Source: Acidimicrobiia bacterium (GTDB lineage: Bacteria; Actinomycetota; Acidimicrobiia; IMCC26256; PALSA-555). Taken from it: a stretch of DNA of 64,000 bases. Location of the stretch: contig DASZJD010000039.1 in NCBI GenBank assembly GCA_035948415.1, forward strand, positions 3,626 through 67,625, read 5' to 3'. Position numbers and translations under genes: made by a program. Numbering within the stretch: position 1 is the first letter of the stretch; every line of letters begins with the position of its first letter. Below, piece after piece: positions 55,399 through 63,842 of the stretch. The notes beneath the pieces are model-generated. The model made no database searches. It saw only the letters and a program-made list of their open reading frames with translations, and was not told where the DNA came from.

Positions 55399-56510
55399 GC
55401 GGCACCCGCCCGCTGCGGGTCGTGCTGAGCTCCCCGTACTCGCTGTCGCTGTACGGCGGCGTGCAGCTCCAGGTCCTCGGCCTCGCCCTGGCGCTCCGGG
55501 CCCGGGGCGTCGACGCCCGCGTCGTCGCTCCCACCGACGGGCCGCCGCCCTTCCCCGGCGTGACGAGCGTGGGGCCGAGCGTCCGCTACCCGTCGAACGG
55601 CTCGATCGCGCCGATCACGACGTCGAAGGCGGCGGCCCGGCGGTTCCTGGAGGCGTTGCGGGTCCTCGAGCCCGACGTGCTGCACCTCCACGAGCCGCTG
55701 TCGCCCGGCATCAACCACGCCGCCCTGGTCGGGACCGACATCCCGGCCGTCGGCACCTTCCACGCCGCCTTCGGCGGTCGGAACGCCTGGTACGACGCGT
55801 TCCGGCTCCCGCTCCGCAAGATGGTGGGCCGCCTCGACGTCCGCACCGCGGTGTCCGAGGAGGCCCAGCGGAACGTCGAGACGTCCTTCGGCGTCCCGTG
55901 CGAGATCCTCCCCAACGGGGTGGACGTCGGGATGTTCGCCAGCGCCGAGCCCTGGCCCTCCGACCGGCCCTCGGTGTGCTTCGTCGGACGGCACGAGCGC
56001 CGGAAGGGGCTCGGCGTGCTGCTCGAGGCGTTCCGTGGGCTCGAGCGCGACGCCGTCCTGTGGGTGGCGGGGGAGGGCCCCGAGACGGCGACGCTGCGCG
56101 CCCAGGCCGGGCCCGACGTGGTGTGGCTGGGGCCGATCTCGGAGCGGGAGAAGGCGCGCCGCCTCCGCGGGGCCACCGTCGCCTGCTTCCCCTCGGTCGA
56201 GGGGGAGTCCTTCGGCGTGGTCCTGCTCGAGGCCATGGCCGCGCGCACCGCGGTCGTCGCCTCCGACCTCACGGGCTACCGGCACGTCGCTCGGGACGGA
56301 CGCGAGGCCGTCCTGGTGCCGCCCGACGACCCCGCCGCGCTGTGCGCCGCGGTGCGGCGGCTCCTCGACCACCCCGAGGAGCGGGCCGCGCTCGCCGAGG
56401 GGGGCCGGGCTCGGGCCGACGAGTTCTCGATCGGCGGCCTCGCCGAGCGGTTCGTCGAGCGCTACGAGACCGCCCTGGCGCGGCGGGCGCCCACCTCGGT
56501 CCCGGCCTGA
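55395..56510 (+). CDS. pimA: GT4 glycosyltransferase (phosphatidylinositol mannosyltransferase-like)
   Basis: ATGA overlap with patA. E-x7-E motif (EGESFGVVLLEAMA) and a GT-B fold pattern. Confidence 0.8.
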   Translation: MSGTRPLRVVLSSPYSLSLYGGVQLQVLGLALALRARGVDARVVAPTDGPPPFPGVTSVGPSVRYPSNGSIAPITTSKAAARRFLEALRVLEPDVLHLHEPLSPGINHAALVGTDIPAVGTFHAAFGGRNAWYDAFRLPLRKMVGRLDVRTAVSEEAQRNVETSFGVPCEILPNGVDVGMFASAEPWPSDRPSVCFVGRHERRKGLGVLLEAFRGLERDAVLWVAGEGPETATLRAQAGPDVVWLGPISEREKARRLRGATVACFPSVEGESFGVVLLEAMAARTAVVASDLTGYRHVARDGREAVLVPPDDPAALCAAVRRLLDHPEERAALAEGGRARADEFSIGGLAERFVERYETALARRAPTSVPA

Positions 56511-56523
56511 CGCCCGCGAGCGC

Positions 56524-56543
56524 GTCCGGCCCCGTGGCCGGGC
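56524..56543 (+). terminator. short GC hairpin after pimA
   Basis: GTCCGGCC (56524-56531) pairs with GGCCGGGC (56536-56543) around the loop CCGT, including one G-U pair. It lies 14 nt after the stop. No U tract. Confidence 0.3.
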
Positions 56544-56603
56544 TGCGGGTGCGGAGGGGCTTCGACGGCCGCCTCCTAGACTGCGGAGCCGATCGAGAGG
56601 TAG

Positions 56604-57170
56604 GTGGCCGTGGTCGCAGTCATCGTCGTCATCGCCATCGTCGTGGTGCTGCTCCTCGGGGTGGCGCTCTTCTACAACGGCCTGGTCCGGACCCGGAACC
56701 GGGTCGACAACGCCTGGTCGCAGATCGACGTGCAGCTGAAGCGTCGGTACGACCTGATCCCGAACCTCGTCGAGACGGTCAAGGGCTACGCCGCCCACGA
56801 GCGTCAGACCCTCGAGGCGGTGACGAACGCGCGCAGCAACGCCATCAACGCCCAGCAGGGCGGCGACCTCGCCCAGCAGGCCCAAGCCGAGAACGTGCTG
56901 AGCGGGGCCTTGAAAAGCCTGTTCGCGGTGGCGGAGCAGTACCCGGACCTGAAGGCGAACCAGAACTTCCTCCAGCTCCAGGAGGAGCTGACGTCGACCG
57001 AGGACCGCATCGCCTACGCCCGGCAGTTCTACAACGACGCCGTCCTCAACTACAACAACAAGATCCAGGTGTTCCCCCGCAACCTGCTCGCGAGCACCTT
57101 CAGCTTCGAGAAGCGTCAGTACTTCGAGGGCGACCCGGAGGCGACCGGCCCGGTCAAGGTGCAGTTCTGA
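56604..57170 (+). CDS. lemA: LemA family protein
   Basis: N-terminal TM helix, then YNGLVRTRNRVDNAWSQIDVQLKRRYDLIPNLVETVKGYA, the typical LemA block. Confidence 0.85.
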   Translation: MAVVAVIVVIAIVVVLLLGVALFYNGLVRTRNRVDNAWSQIDVQLKRRYDLIPNLVETVKGYAAHERQTLEAVTNARSNAINAQQGGDLAQQAQAENVLSGALKSLFAVAEQYPDLKANQNFLQLQEELTSTEDRIAYARQFYNDAVLNYNNKIQVFPRNLLASTFSFEKRQYFEGDPEATGPVKVQF

Positions 57171-57195
57171 CCGCCACGCCACCGAGGCGGCCCCG

Positions 57196-58023
57196 ATGAG
57201 CACGCGCGCCCCGCAGCCGACGGCGCGCCCGGACTTCCACCGCGAGAGCCGACGCAACCAGTGGCGGGCCGCCGCCATCCTGGCCGCGTTCGCGGCGGTC
57301 ATCGTGCTGATCGGCGCGGCCGTGGTCCTGGCCGCCGGGCTCGGCCTCGTCGGCGTCGTCGTCGTGGTGGTGCTGGTCGCGGGCCTGGCCGGCTTCGCCT
57401 ACGCGCGGTCGGACGCGGTGACGCTGGCGCTGGCGCGGGCCCGTCCCGCCGACGGCCCGAGCGTCGAGCGCTACCACAACGTCGTCGAGGGCCTCTGCAT
57501 CGCCGCCGGGCTCCCGAAGCCCCGCCTGTACGTCGTCGACGACGAGGCGCCGAACGCGTTCACCACCGGCCGCAACCCCAAGCACGCCGCCCTGGCGGTG
57601 ACGACGGGCCTGCTCGAGAAGCTGAACCGGGTCGAGCTCGAGGGCGTCGTCGCCCACGAGCTGTGCCACATCAAGAGCTACGACGTCCTGCCGTCGACGG
57701 TGGCGGTCGTCGCGATCGGGCCGCTGGCGGTGCTGCTGGCCCCGGTCGGGTGGCCGCTCCTGCAGCTCGCGACGAGCCCGGACCGGGAGCTCCACGCCGA
57801 CGCCGCCGGCGTGCAGCTCACCCGGTACCCGCCGGGGCTGGCCTCGGCCCTGCGGAAGCTCCGGGCGGACCCGGCGGTGGTGCGGCACGCGTCGCGAGCC
57901 ACCGCCCCGATGTGGATCGAGGCGCCCGTCGAGCGCGGTCCCGAGCCGGGCTCACGACGAACCCGGGCCTCCGACCTCCAGCCGCCGCTCGACCAGCGCA
58001 TCAAGGTCCTCGAGTCGATGTGA
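57196..58023 (+). CDS. htpX: M48-family zinc metallopeptidase (HtpX-like)
   Basis: TM helices and the HEXXH motif [10 protein letters not shown]. The LemA-M48 pairing is common. Confidence 0.8.
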   Translation: MSTRAPQPTARPDFHRESRRNQWRAAAILAAFAAVIVLIGAAVVLAAGLGLVGVVVVVVLVAGLAGFAYARSDAVTLALARARPADGPSVERYHNVVEGLCIAAGLPKPRLYVVDDEAPNAFTTGRNPKHAALAVTTGLLEKLNRVELEGVVAHELCHIKSYDVLPSTVAVVAIGPLAVLLAPVGWPLLQLATSPDRELHADAAGVQLTRYPPGLASALRKLRADPAVVRHASRATAPMWIEAPVERGPEPGSRRTRASDLQPPLDQRIKVLESM

Positions 58024-58105
58024 CGCCCCGCTCGTCGTCGCGACGGCCCGGGGCGGCGCGCCTTCCCCCGGTCGATTCGGCGAGGCCCCCGGTAGACTGG
58101 CGGCG

Positions 58106-59002
58106 ATGACCGAACCGCGCGCCGCTCGAGCGGTGGGCACCGCCCGCGTGAAGCGGGGGCTGGCCGAGATGCTGCGCGGGGGCGTGATCATGGACGTCGT
58201 GACCGCCGAGCAGGCCCGGGTGGCCGAGGACGCCGGCGCCGTCGCCGTCATGGCCCTCGAGCGGGTGCCGGCCGACATCCGTCGGGACGGCGGCGTCGCC
58301 CGCATGAGCGATCCCGCCATGATCGAGGCCATCCAGGCCGCGGTCACGATCCCGGTGATGGCGAAGTGCCGGATCGGCCACTTCGCCGAGGCCCAGGTGC
58401 TCGAGGCCCTCGGCGTCGACTACGTCGACGAGAGCGAGGTCCTCACCCCCGCCGACGAGGCCCACCACGTCGACAAGTGGCCGTTCACGGTCCCGTTCGT
58501 GTGCGGCGCCACCAGCCTCGGCGAGGCGCTGCGCCGCGTCGGCGAGGGCGCGGCGCTCATCCGGTCGAAGGGCGAGGCCGGCACCGGCAACATCGTCGAG
58601 GCGGTGCGCCACCTCCGGTCGATCCTCGGCGCCGTCCGCCAGCTGACCGTGGCCGACGAGGCCGAGCGGTACGCCGCGGCCAAGGACCTGCGGGCGCCGG
58701 TCGAGCTCGTCCTCGAGGTCGCCACCCGCGGCGAGCTCCCCGTGCCGCTCTTCTGCGCCGGCGGGATCGCCACGCCGGCCGACGCCGCGCTCGTGATGCA
58801 GCTCGGCGCGCAGGCCGTGTTCGTCGGCAGCGGGATCTTCAAGAGCGCCGACCCGGCCGCCCGCGCCAAGGCCGTGGTCGAGGCCACCACCCACTACGCC
58901 GACCCCGCCATCCTGGCCAAGGTGTCCCGTGGCCTCGGCGAGCCGATGCGCGGCGACGAGATCGCGACGCTCGACGTGAAGCTCGCCGAGCGGGGCTGGT
59001 AA
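58106..59002 (+). CDS. pdxS: pyridoxal 5'-phosphate synthase, synthase subunit
   Basis: GGVIMDV, the [11 protein letters not shown] block and KGEAGTGN motifs. Confidence 0.95.
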   Translation: MTEPRAARAVGTARVKRGLAEMLRGGVIMDVVTAEQARVAEDAGAVAVMALERVPADIRRDGGVARMSDPAMIEAIQAAVTIPVMAKCRIGHFAEAQVLEALGVDYVDESEVLTPADEAHHVDKWPFTVPFVCGATSLGEALRRVGEGAALIRSKGEAGTGNIVEAVRHLRSILGAVRQLTVADEAERYAAAKDLRAPVELVLEVATRGELPVPLFCAGGIATPADAALVMQLGAQAVFVGSGIFKSADPAARAKAVVEATTHYADPAILAKVSRGLGEPMRGDEIATLDVKLAERGW

Positions 59003-59032
59003 GCGTGCGCACCGCCGCGCGCCCCCCAGGCC

Positions 59033-59611
59033 ATGAAGGTCGGCGTCCTCGCCCTCCAGGGGGCGTTCCGCGAGCATCGTGAGACCCTCGACGCCCTCGG
59101 CGTCGAGGCCCACGAGGTCCGCTCGGTGGCGGCGCTGGCGCCCCTCGACGCGCTGATCCTGCCCGGCGGGGAGTCGACGACGATCGGCCGGCTGCTCGCT
59201 ACGTCGGGGCTGCTCGACCCGCTCCGGGAGCGGATCGCCGACGGGATGCCCGTCCTCGGCACCTGCGCCGGCGTGATCCTGCTCGCCACCCGGGTCCTGG
59301 ACGGCCGACCGGACCAGCCGACGCTCGGCGCCCTCGACGTCACCGTGCGCCGCAACGGCTACGGCACCCAGCTCGAGTCCTTCGAGGCCGACCTGGACGT
59401 GGCGGGCGTCGGCGGCCGACCGTTCCCCGGCGTGTTCATCCGCGCGCCGGTGCTCGAGGAGGTGGGCGCCGGCGTGGAGGTGCTCGCCCGCCACGGCGAC
59501 CACCCGGTGCTCGTTCGCCGCGGCCCGGTGTGGGGCGCGACCTTCCATCCCGAGCTGGCCGGCGACCTGCGCGTCCACGAGCGGTTCCTCCACCCGACCG
59601 ACACCCGATGA
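59033..59611 (+). CDS. pdxT: pyridoxal 5'-phosphate synthase, glutaminase subunit
   Basis: GVLALQGAF, PGGESTT, catalytic Cys in GTCAG, and FHPE. Confidence 0.9.
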   Translation: MKVGVLALQGAFREHRETLDALGVEAHEVRSVAALAPLDALILPGGESTTIGRLLATSGLLDPLRERIADGMPVLGTCAGVILLATRVLDGRPDQPTLGALDVTVRRNGYGTQLESFEADLDVAGVGGRPFPGVFIRAPVLEEVGAGVEVLARHGDHPVLVRRGPVWGATFHPELAGDLRVHERFLHPTDTR

Positions 59612-59621
59612 AGGGGGTGCG

Positions 59622-60374
59622 ATGAGCGGACATTCGAAGTGGCACTCGATCAAGCACAAGAAGGGCGCGGCCGACAGCGCGCGCGGGAAGCTGTTCGCCA
59701 AGCTCATCCGCCAGATCGAGGTCGCCGCCCGGGAGGGCGGGGCCGACCCGGACGCCAACCCGACGCTGCGCACGATGGTCGGCAAGGCGCGCGACGCGTC
59801 GGTGCCGGTCGACACGATCGACCGGGCGATCAAGCGCGGCACCGGCCAGCTCGAGGGCGTCCGCTACGAGCAGTGCACCTACGAGGGCTACGCGCCGAAC
59901 GGCGTCGCCGTGCTCGTCGAGTGCCTCACCGCCAACCGCAACCGCACCGGCGCCGAGGTCAAGAACGTGTTCACCCGCCTCGGCGGCTCGCTCGCCGAGC
60001 CCGGCGCGGTGTCGTGGCAGTTCGAGCGCAAGGGCGTGATCGTCCTCGAGAAGGCGGCCGCCAGCGAGGACGACCTCATGCTGGCCGCCCTCGACGCCGG
60101 CGCCGAGGACATCGTCGACCAGGGCGACACCTGGCAGGTGACGACCGGGCCCGCCGACCTGCATCGGGTTCGGGACGGGCTCGACGCCGCCGGCATCCCG
60201 GTCACGAGCGCCGACCTGCTGATGCTCCCCACCACGACGGTCCCGCTCACCGACGAGGCCGGAGCCCGGTCCGTCCTGCGGGTGATCGACGCCCTCGAGG
60301 AGCAGGACGACGTGCAGACGGTGAACGCCAACTTCGACATCCCCGACGACGTGCTCCAGGCGGTGATGGCATGA
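59622..60374 (+). CDS. yebC: YebC/PmpR-family transcriptional regulator
   Basis: MSGHSKWHSIKHKKG N-terminus; 250 aa. Confidence 0.9.
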   Translation: MSGHSKWHSIKHKKGAADSARGKLFAKLIRQIEVAAREGGADPDANPTLRTMVGKARDASVPVDTIDRAIKRGTGQLEGVRYEQCTYEGYAPNGVAVLVECLTANRNRTGAEVKNVFTRLGGSLAEPGAVSWQFERKGVIVLEKAAASEDDLMLAALDAGAEDIVDQGDTWQVTTGPADLHRVRDGLDAAGIPVTSADLLMLPTTTVPLTDEAGARSVLRVIDALEEQDDVQTVNANFDIPDDVLQAVMA

Positions 60375-60832
60375 GACCCAAGGTCGGCGAGGCCGCTCCC
60401 GACTTCCGGCTCCCCGGCGTCGAGGCCGGCGCTCGGCGCGAGTTCACGCTCTCCGAGTACCGGGGCCGCAAGGTCGTGCTCGCGTTCTACCCCGGCGACT
60501 TCACCCCCGGCTGAACGCGGCAGCTGCGCTCGTACCGCGACGACTTCGCCGCGTTCGAGCGGGCGGGTGCGGTCGTGCTCGCCGTCTCCCCCCAGGACGT
60601 GGACAGCCACGAGCGGTGGGCCGCCCAGGAGGGCTTCGGGTTCGCGCTGCTCGCCGACCCGGACCGGGTCGCGATCCACGCCTACGGCGTGGGCGCGCCC
60701 GTCGTGGGCGTGCGCCGGTCGATCTTCCTGATCGATACTGGCGGCGTGGTCCGTTGGCGCTACAGCGGCACGGTCCGGGCCATCTTCAAGCGCCCGGAGC
60801 AGCTGACCCGCATCCTGGCCGGGATGTCCTGA
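60371..60832 (+). CDS. BCP-type peroxiredoxin with an in-frame TGA (60512-60514) at the peroxidatic-Cys codon: candidate selenoprotein, or a pseudogene
   Basis: One frame reads [13 protein letters not shown][TGA][11 protein letters not shown]...[15 protein letters not shown]...FALLADPD...[11 protein letters not shown]. There is no frameshift. ATGA overlap with yebC and TGATG overlap with the next gene. Confidence 0.6.
60512..60557 (+). other. hairpin starting at the in-frame UGA (candidate bacterial SECIS)
   Basis: GAACGCGGC (60513-60521) pairs perfectly with GCCGCGTTC (60548-60556), with a U-G closing pair at 60512/60557. An inner GCG (60526-60528)/CGC (60536-60538) stem closes the apical loop CUCGUAC. 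Confidence 0.4.
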
Positions 60833-61242
60833 TGGACCTCCCCGAGGCGCTCGACTTCGTGCGGGCCAACCACCGGGCCGTGCTCGCCACCGGCCGGGCC
60901 GACGGTCGCCCCCAGCTGTCGCCCGTCGTCGCGGCGGTGGACGACGACGACCACGTCGTCGTCAGCACGCGGGAGACCGCGATGAAGACGCACAACGTGC
61001 GCCGCGAGCCTTCGGTGTCGCTCTGCGTGCTCTCGGACGCCTTCTTCGGCGCGTGGGCGCAGCTCGACGGGACCGCGACGGTCGTCTCGCTGCCGGCGGC
61101 GATGGAGCCCCTCGTCGACTACTACCGCCGGATCGCCGGCGAGCACCCCGACTGGGACGCGTACCGCGCCGCGATGCAGCGCGAGCAGCGAGTGCTGCTG
61201 CGAATCGCGGTGACGCACGCCGGGCCCACCCGGTCCGGGTGA
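60832..61242 (+). CDS. PPOX-class (pyridoxamine 5'-phosphate oxidase fold) probable F420-dependent enzyme
   Basis: [27 protein letters not shown]...[25 protein letters not shown] pattern. ATG overlaps the upstream stop (TGATG). Confidence 0.75.
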   Translation: MDLPEALDFVRANHRAVLATGRADGRPQLSPVVAAVDDDDHVVVSTRETAMKTHNVRREPSVSLCVLSDAFFGAWAQLDGTATVVSLPAAMEPLVDYYRRIAGEHPDWDAYRAAMQREQRVLLRIAVTHAGPTRSG

Positions 61243-61277
61243 GGCTAGATTTCGCCGCGCGCACACCCGGGGGAGCA

Positions 61278-61736
61278 GTGGAAGTCTCGATCACCGTCAA
61301 CGGCCAGACGCGGACCCACGACGTCGAGGCTCGCACGCTGCTGGTCCAGTTCCTGCGGGACGAGTGCCGGCTGACCGGCACCAAGATCGGCTGCGACACG
61401 TCGTCCTGCGGCGCCTGCACCGTCCTCGTCGACGGCGAGTCGGTGAAGTCCTGCACCATGCTGGCGGTCCAAGCCGACGGGACGAGCGTCACCACCATCG
61501 AGGGGCTCGCGGACGGTGATGCGCTGCACCCGGTGCAGCGAGCGTTCCAGGAGCACCACGCCCTCCAGTGCGGGTTCTGCACCGCCGGCATGGTGATGGC
61601 GGCGGTCTCGCTCCTCGACGAGATCCCGAACCCGACCGAGCGCGACGTCCGCCTCGGTCTCGAGGGCAACCTCTGTCGCTGCACCGGCTACCACAACATC
61701 GTGGCCGCCGTGCTGGCCGTGGGGGAGCGGGCGTGA
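61278..61736 (+). CDS. coxS: [2Fe-2S]-binding small subunit of a molybdenum hydroxylase (CoxS/XdhC-type)
   Basis: GTG 61278 with GGGGGAG upstream. [12 protein letters not shown] and CGFCTAG...CRCTGY cluster motifs. Confidence 0.85.
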   Translation: MEVSITVNGQTRTHDVEARTLLVQFLRDECRLTGTKIGCDTSSCGACTVLVDGESVKSCTMLAVQADGTSVTTIEGLADGDALHPVQRAFQEHHALQCGFCTAGMVMAAVSLLDEIPNPTERDVRLGLEGNLCRCTGYHNIVAAVLAVGERA

Positions 61737-62554
61737 TCCCGGCCCCGTTCGAGTACGTGCGCGCCGGCACGGCCGACGAGGTAGTCGGCGCGCTCGCCGA
61801 GCACGGCGACGAGGCCAAGGTCCTGGCCGGCGGCATGTCCCTGCTGCCGCTCATGAAGCTGCGGCTCGCCACCCCGTCGGTGCTCGTCGACGCGGCCCGG
61901 ATCCCCGACCTCGCCTTCATCCGCGACGCCGGCGACCACATCGCCGTCGGCGCGCTCACCCGCCACCGCGACCTCGAGACGAGCGACCTGCTCGCCGCGC
62001 AGTGCGGCGTGCTCCGCGCCGTCGCGGCGCAGGTCGGCGACAACCAGGTCCGGCACCGCGGCACGCTCGGCGGGTCGGTCGCCCACGGCGACCCGGCCTC
62101 GGACCTGCCCGCCGCCCTGCTCGCCCTCGACGCCACGCTCGTGGCCCGCGGCCCCGACGGTGAGCGCACGGTCGCCGTCGCCGACTTCTTCCTCGGCTTC
62201 CTCGAGACCGCGCTCGCCCCCGACGAGCTGCTCACCGAGGTCCGGGTGCCGAAGACCGGGGCCGGAGGCTTCTCGTACCAGAAGTTCAACCGGCGAGCCC
62301 AGGACTGGGCGACCGTCGGCGCCGTGGCCGTCGTGAACGGCGCCGCCCGGGTCGCGCTGGTGAACATGGGCGGCACGCCCCTGCGCGCCACCGGCGTCGA
62401 GGCCGCGCTCGCGGGCGGCGCGTCGGTGGGGGAGGCCGCCGAGCACGCCGCCGACGGCACGGACCCCCCGAGCGACCTCAACGCCTCCCCGGAGTACCGG
62501 GCGCACCTCGCCCGCGTCCTCGTCCGCCGGGCGCTCACCGAGGCGCGCGCCTGA
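61733..62554 (+). CDS. coxM: FAD-binding medium subunit of a molybdenum hydroxylase (CoxM-type)
   Basis: GTGA overlap with cox[14 protein letters not shown] and [12 protein letters not shown] motifs. Confidence 0.85.
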   Translation: MIPAPFEYVRAGTADEVVGALAEHGDEAKVLAGGMSLLPLMKLRLATPSVLVDAARIPDLAFIRDAGDHIAVGALTRHRDLETSDLLAAQCGVLRAVAAQVGDNQVRHRGTLGGSVAHGDPASDLPAALLALDATLVARGPDGERTVAVADFFLGFLETALAPDELLTEVRVPKTGAGGFSYQKFNRRAQDWATVGAVAVVNGAARVALVNMGGTPLRATGVEAALAGGASVGEAAEHAADGTDPPSDLNASPEYRAHLARVLVRRALTEARA

Positions 62555-63156
62555 CCGACGGGCCGCTCCCCGGGACGGCGGCGGCGATCCTGGCCGCCGG
62601 GCGCGGCTCCCGGCTCGCCGGCCGCACGCCGAAGCCGCTCCTGACCCTCGACGGGCGACCCCTCGTCCGGTGGGCCATCGACGCCGCGACGGCCGCGGGC
62701 GCGGCGCCGGTGCTGCTCGTCGTGGGCCGGGCCGGCCGAGCGGTGGGTCGCGCCGCGCCGCCCGGCGTCGCCGTCGTCCGATCGCGGGGCTGGCGCCTCG
62801 GCATCGCGCACTCGCTGCGCGCCGCGCTGGACGCGCTCGCCGGAACCTCCGTGCCGGCGCTGTGCGTCGGGCTGGCCGACCAGCCCCTCGTCGGCCCGGA
62901 CGCCTACCGGCGACTCGCGGCCGCGCACGCCCGCGGCGCACGCCTCGCGGTGGCCACGTACGCGGGGGAGCGCGGCAACCCGGTGCTCCTGGACCGGTCG
63001 CTGTGGCCGGCGGCCGGCGCGCTGCGCGGCGACGTCGGTGCTCGGGCGCTCATGGCCACCCACGAGGTGACGGAGGTCGACTGCACCGGCACGGGTGACC
63101 CGGCCGACGTCGATACGCTCGAAGACCTGCGCGCTCTCGAGGGGAGGTCAGCATGA
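62551..63156 (+). CDS. mocA: MobA-like NTP transferase (molybdenum cofactor cytidylyltransferase MocA-like); start probably CTG 62551
   Basis: The nucleotide-binding N-terminus AAILAAGRGSRLAG...KPLL is encoded at 62581-62640, upstream of the first canonical start (GTG 62710). No ATG, GTG or TTG lies in frame before it. CTG 62551 overlaps the coxM stop (CTGA), with GAGG 7 nt upstream. Confidence 0.7.
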   Translation: MTDGPLPGTAAAILAAGRGSRLAGRTPKPLLTLDGRPLVRWAIDAATAAGAAPVLLVVGRAGRAVGRAAPPGVAVVRSRGWRLGIAHSLRAALDALAGTSVPALCVGLADQPLVGPDAYRRLAAAHARGARLAVATYAGERGNPVLLDRSLWPAAGALRGDVGARALMATHEVTEVDCTGTGDPADVDTLEDLRALEGRSA

Positions 63157-63791
63157 AGCTCGACCACGACTTCCGGGTCGACGCCGGGCTCGACACGGCG
63201 TGGCTCGTGCTGCTCGACATCGAGCGCATCGCCCCGTGCATGCCCGGCGCCCAGCTCCAGGAGGTCGAGGGCGACGAGTACCGCGGCACCGTGAAGGTGA
63301 AGGTGGGCCCGATCACCGCGCAATACCGGGGTGTCGCCCGCGTCGTCGAATCGGACCCGGCGACGCACCGCGTCGTGCTCCACGCCGAGGGACGGGACAC
63401 GCGCGGCCAGGGCAACGCGTCGGCAACGATCACCGCCACGCTCGCCCCGGACGGCGACGGGACCCGAGTCCGGGTCGACACCGACCTGAGTGTCACCGGC
63501 AAGGTGGCCCAGTTCGGCCGGGGCGTGATGGCGGACGTCTCGACCAAGCTGCTCGGCCAGTTCGTGGACTGCCTCGGCACCACCGTCCTCGCGGCCGAGA
63601 GCCCGGATGGGCCGGCGCCGACGCCGACCCCGCCCGCCGCGGCCCCGACCGGGGCCCGAGCCGTCGACGCCCCCGCGGCCGAGGCGGTCGACCTCATGCG
63701 GGCGGCCGGCGGCGCCGTGGCCAAGCGGCTCGTCCCCGTGGCCGCGGCGGTCATCGTCGTGGGCGTCGTGATCTGGCTCGTCGCTCGCTGA
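63153..63791 (+). CDS. coxG: SRPBCC/CoxG-family protein with a C-terminal membrane anchor
   Basis: ATGA overlap with mocA. MKLDHDFRVDAGLDTAWLVLLDIERIAPCMPGA...GKVAQFG CoxG pattern, a Pro/Thr/Ala linker, and a terminal TM helix VAAAVIVVGVVIWLV. Confidence 0.75.
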   Translation: MKLDHDFRVDAGLDTAWLVLLDIERIAPCMPGAQLQEVEGDEYRGTVKVKVGPITAQYRGVARVVESDPATHRVVLHAEGRDTRGQGNASATITATLAPDGDGTRVRVDTDLSVTGKVAQFGRGVMADVSTKLLGQFVDCLGTTVLAAESPDGPAPTPTPPAAAPTGARAVDAPAAEAVDLMRAAGGAVAKRLVPVAAAVIVVGVVIWLVAR

Positions 63792-63826
63792 GGGGTCCGC
63801 CACCGCGGTCCGGCCCACCCCTAGCA

Positions 63827-63842
63827 TCGAATATGTGTTCGA
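63827..63842. promoter_or_regulatory. LexA (SOS) box overlapping the ruvC start
   Basis: TCGAAT-ATGT-GTTCGA compared with the actinobacterial consensus TCGAAC-N4-GTTCGA (one mismatch). Candidate -10 TAGCAT at 63822-63827, 7 nt before GTG 63835. Confidence 0.55.

Noticed and set aside
60575-60832. 85-aa ORF in the track as an independent gene
   Set aside because: It is in the same frame as 60371-60514 and corresponds to the C-terminal two-thirds of the peroxiredoxin fold, after the active site. It is treated as part of the TGA-interrupted gene.
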